Positions 60,096 through 64,000 of a stretch of 64,000 nucleotides of DNA are shown one piece after another (the stretch's first letter is position 1; the number at the start of each line of letters is the position of its first letter). Source of the stretch: Planctomycetota bacterium (GTDB lineage Bacteria; Planctomycetota; UBA1135; GCA-002686595). The notes beneath the pieces are model-generated. The model searched no databases, was not told the origin of the DNA, and worked only from the letters and a program-made list of their open reading frames with translations. The translations under genes and the position numbers were made by a program. Location of the stretch: positions 4,015 to 68,014 of the forward strand of contig JAPLOE010000073.1 of NCBI GenBank assembly GCA_026692705.1, given 5' to 3'.

Positions 60096-61937
60096 TCAGT
60101 CTTCCTGGCCGGGCTTGGTCTTGGGGTTCGCGACGAAGAACGGCCCGAGCGCGAGCCCGTCGATGCGGCCGTCGAGGAACGCGCGGATCGCGTCCTCGGG
60201 GCTGCACACGATCGGCTCCTCGTGCATGTTGAAGCTGGTGTTGATCAGCGACGGCGAGCCCGAGAGCTTCTCGTGCTCCGCGAGGATCGCGTGGTAGCCC
60301 GGATTGATCTCGCGCCGCACGAGCTGCGGTCTCGCGGTGCCGTCGACGTGCACCGCCGCAGGGCAGGTCGACTTCATGAAGTCGGTGCAGTCGAAGGTCA
60401 GCGTCATGAACTCCGCCGCGTGCTCGCCACCCGCAAGGTGGTGGTAACAACGCGAGCGCGCTTCCCACAGCGTCACCGGCGCGAACGGCATGAACTCGGT
60501 GCGCCCCAGCCGCTTGTTGAGCCACTGGTTCACCTTGGGCTCGCGACCGTGATAGAGGATCGAGCGGTTGCCGAGCGCGCGCGGGCCGTACTCCATGCGC
60601 CCGTCGAAGCGCGCGATCACCCAGCCCTCGTGAATGCGCCGCGCCAGGAACTGCGCCATCGATGCCGGGCGCTCGCACTCGAGCCCGGCCGCACGCACGG
60701 CCGCGAGCAGGCGCTCCTCGCCGAATTCCGGGCCCCAGTACACGTCGCGGATCGACTCGCGTACGCCGCCGGTCCACGACAGGTGCATCGCGAGGCCGGT
60801 GCCGCAGCCGCCGTCGCCCATGTTCGGGTAGATGAAGATGCCCTCGACGCCTTCCACCTCGTGGATGCGCTGGTTCATCTTCACGTTCGCGGTGACGCCG
60901 CCGGAGAGCACCACGTGGCGCGCACCGGTCTTCGCGAGCCAGTGCCGCACGAGATCGCAGGCGAGGATCTCGAGCGCGCGCTGGTAGGCGGCCGCGACGT
61001 CGACCATCGGGAATTCCGCGGCGAGATGCCGCGAGAAGTACACGTTGAGGTTCTGGTAGAGGCGCAGGTCGCCGGGCTGGCTGCGGTCCGCGCGCCCGAG
61101 CAGCACGTCGGTCAGCACGTTCGGATCGCCGTAGGCCGCGAGCCCGACGATCTTGCCGGCGTGGCGGTCGGGCCGGAATCCCAGCGACGACGTCACCATC
61201 TCGTAGAAGCTGCCGAGCGAGTGCGGGAAGCGCAGGTCGGCGAGGCGCTCGAGCCGGCCGCCCTCCCCCAGGCTCACCGACCCGGCGAGGCCGCTGCCGT
61301 AGCCGTCGAGCGTGACGACGAGCGCGCGCTCGAAACCGGACGCGAGGTAGGCGTTCGCCGCGTGCGAGAGGTGGTGCTCGCTGCGCTCGAGCTTCGCGCG
61401 CAGGCCGAGCTGCGCGAGCCCGCGCTCGAGTTCGCCCTGCCAGTGCCGATGTTCTTCCGCCGCGCGCCGCGCCCAATCGCGCGATCGCCGCGTGGCGACC
61501 TGACTCGACCACGGCTCGCTCGCGCCAGAGATGCGATAGAAGAGCTCCTTCAGGAAGCCCTTGCGCTTGCGCAGGTTCGGATTCGAGAGCCCCTGCACGG
61601 GCTCGGTCCGCTGCGGCACGCGCGCGCGCGCCGCCGACAGCGCGCGCGACAGGTCGGGCGCGCGGAACGAGCCCTGAAACTGCCGCTCGGCCTCCATCGA
61701 CTTGTCGATCAGCGCCGCTTCCTGCTCCCAGCTCAGGAACGGATAGGCGATGCGCTCGACCTGCGAGGGCTGCACGCGCCCGGCCTCGAGCGCCGCCTGG
61801 ATCGCCTTCGCGGGGAAGCCGTCCTGCTGCTTGACGCGGGAAAAACGCTCCTCGCCGGCGGCGAAGACGACACGACCATCGACCACGAGCGACGCGGTCG
61901 CGTCCTTGTCGAGCGGAGAGATGCCGAGAACGATCAT
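60096..61937 (-). CDS. Carbamoyltransferase (NodU/CmcH family)
   Basis: 613 aa with MIVLGISPLDKDATASLVVDGRVVFAAGEERFSRVKQQDGFP..., ...VVLSGGVTANVKMN...PNMGDGGCGTGLA..., ...FMPFAPV... and ...VDGTARPQLV...LINTSFNMHEEPIV... Confidence 0.85.
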   Translation of the reverse strand: MIVLGISPLDKDATASLVVDGRVVFAAGEERFSRVKQQDGFPAKAIQAALEAGRVQPSQVERIAYPFLSWEQEAALIDKSMEAERQFQGSFRAPDLSRALSAARARVPQRTEPVQGLSNPNLRKRKGFLKELFYRISGASEPWSSQVATRRSRDWARRAAEEHRHWQGELERGLAQLGLRAKLERSEHHLSHAANAYLASGFERALVVTLDGYGSGLAGSVSLGEGGRLERLADLRFPHSLGSFYEMVTSSLGFRPDRHAGKIVGLAAYGDPNVLTDVLLGRADRSQPGDLRLYQNLNVYFSRHLAAEFPMVDVAAAYQRALEILACDLVRHWLAKTGARHVVLSGGVTANVKMNQRIHEVEGVEGIFIYPNMGDGGCGTGLAMHLSWTGGVRESIRDVYWGPEFGEERLLAAVRAAGLECERPASMAQFLARRIHEGWVIARFDGRMEYGPRALGNRSILYHGREPKVNQWLNKRLGRTEFMPFAPVTLWEARSRCYHHLAGGEHAAEFMTLTFDCTDFMKSTCPAAVHVDGTARPQLVRREINPGYHAILAEHEKLSGSPSLINTSFNMHEEPIVCSPEDAIRAFLDGRIDGLALGPFFVANPKTKPGQED

Positions 61938-62977
61938 GAGGGCAGGGTGGGCGCGAGCGAGCGCTGGACTTCATCCGCGGTCATCGATCGACCGCCGACG
62001 GACGTGAGGAAGAAGGAGTAGTAGCGCGCGAGGCGCTCGAGGAATTCGTCGAGTTCGCGCTCGCTGCGCACGTAGGGCGTGCAGCCGGGCAGGAACGAGG
62101 GGCTGTGCAGCCCGAGCACGAACAGGCGCGTGCCGCGCGCGATCAGCGTCTCGGTCAGGCGCACGAGCGTGGCGAGGTCGAAGCCCTCGGGCGACAGGCG
62201 GACGCGCTCGAGCGCGCGGGTGCGCGCGAGCACGCCGGGCACACGCAGCGTGCGCAGCGGCGGTTTCTGGCTGAGGCGATGGAGGTTCGCGCCGGTGTTC
62301 GAGAGGAACCCGAGGTAGCCGCCCGTCACCGGCAGCGCGAGCAGCTTGCGTTTCCGCCCGAACCAGAACGGGTCGGGAGAGAAGTTGCTGTAGTCGGGAC
62401 CACCTTCGTTGGAGTAGTCGAAGGCCGGGCTCGCACTCAGGTCGACGGTAAAGCCTTCCTGTTCGAGCAGCTGCGCGGTGTTGGGTCCAAATCCGTAACG
62501 GCCGGCTTGGTAGGAGCTCGGGCGCGCGCCGAAGCTCCGCTCGATCGCGGCGCACAGCTCTTGCAGCTTGCGCTGCTCGAGCTCCCGCGGAAGGTTGCCG
62601 GGAAACGAGTGCCGCACCCCGGTCGGATCCCCGAAAGGCGGGTTGACCCACGGGTGCAGGTGGGCGCCGATCTCGCAGCGGCCGGAAGCGTGGATGGCGC
62701 CGAGGCTCGCGACGCTGACCGGGTCGGTCGCGATCGGGTGGTCGACGATGTAAGTCGGGCGGACGCCGGCGGCGTCGAAGACCCGCTGGCCACGCTCGAG
62801 GTGCCGGGCTGCCTCGACCGACCGCTGCTGGGGGTCGAAGGGGCCGGACCAGTCGAACTCCTCCTCCGTGCTGATCGCGGTGACCAGCGCAGGCTTCCAG
62901 CCTTGGGGCCAGCGCACGGGCGCTCGGCCTTCGCACGGGAATGCCGGGCAGGAAGGATGTTCGGCGGGCAGGGACAT
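61934..62977 (-). CDS. Polysaccharide deacetylase-like protein (WalW-type)
   Basis: ATG at 62977; 347 aa. It contains ...ISTEEEFDWSGPF...RPTYIVDHPIA...CEIGAHLHPWVNPP...AGRYGFGPNTAQLLEQEGFTVDLS... It has an ATGA overlap with the carbamoyltransferase start. The track ORF is over-extended by 87 codons. Confidence 0.6.
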   Translation of the reverse strand: MSLPAEHPSCPAFPCEGRAPVRWPQGWKPALVTAISTEEEFDWSGPFDPQQRSVEAARHLERGQRVFDAAGVRPTYIVDHPIATDPVSVASLGAIHASGRCEIGAHLHPWVNPPFGDPTGVRHSFPGNLPRELEQRKLQELCAAIERSFGARPSSYQAGRYGFGPNTAQLLEQEGFTVDLSASPAFDYSNEGGPDYSNFSPDPFWFGRKRKLLALPVTGGYLGFLSNTGANLHRLSQKPPLRTLRVPGVLARTRALERVRLSPEGFDLATLVRLTETLIARGTRLFVLGLHSPSFLPGCTPYVRSERELDEFLERLARYYSFFLTSVGGRSMTADEVQRSLAPTLPS

Positions 62978-63051
62978 GGGGAGCCCGCCGGGCGCCGGGG
63001 GAACATCCGAGGCGCGGGAGCCGCGATATATTGTCAAAGGGAGAACAAGCT

Positions 63052-63065
63052 GCCGAGATCTCGGC
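63052..63065. promoter_or_regulatory. Perfect 14-bp palindrome GCCGAGATCTCGGC in a divergent promoter region
   Basis: It lies between the deacetylase-like gene (start 62977, minus) and the secreted repeat protein (start 63108, plus). It is next to the only AT-rich patch in the spacer (CGATATATTGTCAAAG). Confidence 0.3.
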
Positions 63066-63107
63066 CCATTCTCCTGCGCTGACTTCGAAGCTTCTTCTCG
63101 GCACACC

Positions 63108-64000
63108 ATGTCCCGCACTCCCAGCCCCCGGCCGCTTCGTCGCCCCGCTTGGCTCACCTTGGCGGCGGCGGCCTGCCTTGTCTCCCCGTCCCGGGGGCAA
63201 AGCCCGCTCGAGCCGCTCGGCGCCGAGTTCATCGTCAACGCCTCGACGACCTACAACCAGTACTGGCCGCGGGTCGATTTCGCGCCGGACGGCTCGCGCA
63301 TGGCGTTCTCGTTCGTCAGCGGGCAGGACCCCTTCGCACGGCACTTGAGCCCGTCGGGAGCGCCGCTGACGAGCAACCTGTGGTGCAACCCGACGCTCAA
63401 CCAGCACGTCCAGGACGAGTCCGAAATCGCGTACTCGACGGACGGCCGCCAGCTCGTCGCTTGGTCGGAGCGCCACGGCTACGACGGCGAAATCATGGGG
63501 ATTTTCGGGCGGATCTACCTGCCGAACGGCACGCCGCTGGGCCCCGAGTTCCAGATCAATGAGCTCTGGCAAGCGTCCCAGTGGCGACCGCTGATCGCTC
63601 GTCACCCCGCCGGCGGCTGGGTCGTGGCGTGGTCCGGTGACTGGGACGGCGACGCGCTCATCCGGGTTGTCAACTCGGACGGCACCTTCCGCACGCCGGA
63701 CATCCGCGTCAACACGTTCGACAACGGCGCGCAGGTCGATCCGTGCGCCGCAGTCGCTCCCGACGGCACCATCTTCGTCGCGTTCGTCGACTTCTCGGGC
63801 TTCGGCGGCATCGGCAGCGGCACGAACCTCTGGGGACGCACGTTCGACAGCAACGGCAACCCTCTGCAGCCCGCGCCGTTCCCGTTGAACAGCTCCGGCT
63901 ACACCGCCACCGACCAGCGGGAACCGCGGGTCATCTGCGACGCTCAAGGACAGTTCCTCGTGGTCTGGGAAGACCAGAGCAAGGACGGCGGTGGCTACGG
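63108..64000 (+). CDS. Secreted repeat protein (beta-propeller-like repeats of about 55 aa), 3-prime end outside window; absent from the ORF track
   Basis: Hand translation from ATG 63108 is open to nt 64000 and has high GC3. The signal-like N-terminus is MSRTPSPRPLRRPAWLTLAAAACLVSPSRGQSP. Five repeats follow of the form EF-x-[VI]-N...Q..P.[VI]...DG.[FLV]V[VA]W...DG...G[IL].GR.[FY]...G.P. Confidence 0.7.
   Translation, partial: MSRTPSPRPLRRPAWLTLAAAACLVSPSRGQSPLEPLGAEFIVNASTTYNQYWPRVDFAPDGSRMAFSFVSGQDPFARHLSPSGAPLTSNLWCNPTLNQHVQDESEIAYSTDGRQLVAWSERHGYDGEIMGIFGRIYLPNGTPLGPEFQINELWQASQWRPLIARHPAGGWVVAWSGDWDGDALIRVVNSDGTFRTPDIRVNTFDNGAQVDPCAAVAPDGTIFVAFVDFSGFGGIGSGTNLWGRTFDSNGNPLQPAPFPLNSSGYTATDQREPRVICDAQGQFLVVWEDQSKDGGGY

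Overview
Very GC-rich bacterial chromosomal segment (about two-thirds to 70% G+C by eye, not computed), dominated by the translation and transcription core. All family calls below come from reading the supplied translations and the DNA. No database search, HMM or folding program was run.

From about 1.0 to 34.6 kb almost everything lies on the minus strand as one super-cluster. Its order is tRNA-Thr(UGU), tRNA-Tyr, tRNA-Gly, tRNA-Thr(GGU), tuf, rpmG, secE, nusG, rplK-rplA-rplJ-rplL, rpoB-rpoC, rpsL-rpsG, a DTW/Tsr3-like ORF, a divergent EF-G, then the S10, spc and alpha operons (rpsJ through rplQ). Many junctions have 1-8 nt start/stop overlaps (ATGA, GTGA, TAGTG, TGATG), which suggests translational coupling. 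L30 (rpmD), map and a tRNA-Trp are absent from their usual slots, and tuf does not follow fusA.

The other 30 kb carries:
- aroC, a receiver-like ORF and an Smr-less mutS2
- a Cys/Met-family PLP enzyme and an HU/IHF protein with a proline-rich tail
- a trpS / exported protein / TPR lipoprotein / dtd operon
- a 4-gene operon made of an aromatic-Pro repeat lipoprotein plus MlaE, MlaF and MlaD
- ribE, trmD-rplS, a fused secDF and a LysM protein
- hflX and nadB, whose junction is unresolved
- a 680-nt noncoding region containing a 28-codon hydrophobic ORF, then lexA
- a small envelope glycan/lipid modification cluster (flippase, CDP-alcohol transferase-like, carbamoyltransferase, WalW-like deacetylase)
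- a 5-prime partial secreted repeat protein that runs off the window and is missing from the ORF track

I recognised no rRNA, CRISPR array, transposase, integrase or phage genes. The Mla genes and lipoproteins suggest a diderm organism; phylum is not assigned.

The best candidates for something undescribed are:
1. the DTW/Tsr3-like aminocarboxypropyl-transferase-type ORF wedged between rpsG and an atypical EF-G
2. the roughly 20-aa-period [W/F/L]-P-[F/L/I] repeat lipoprotein heading an Mla-type operon that lacks mlaA, mlaB and mlaC
3. the nadB/hflX junction, where nadB has no in-frame stop and hflX has no usable start
4. the small hydrophobic ORF and repeat motifs upstream of lexA

The very long ORFs antisense to rpoB, rpoC, fusA, secDF and other genes are codon-register shadows and were rejected.
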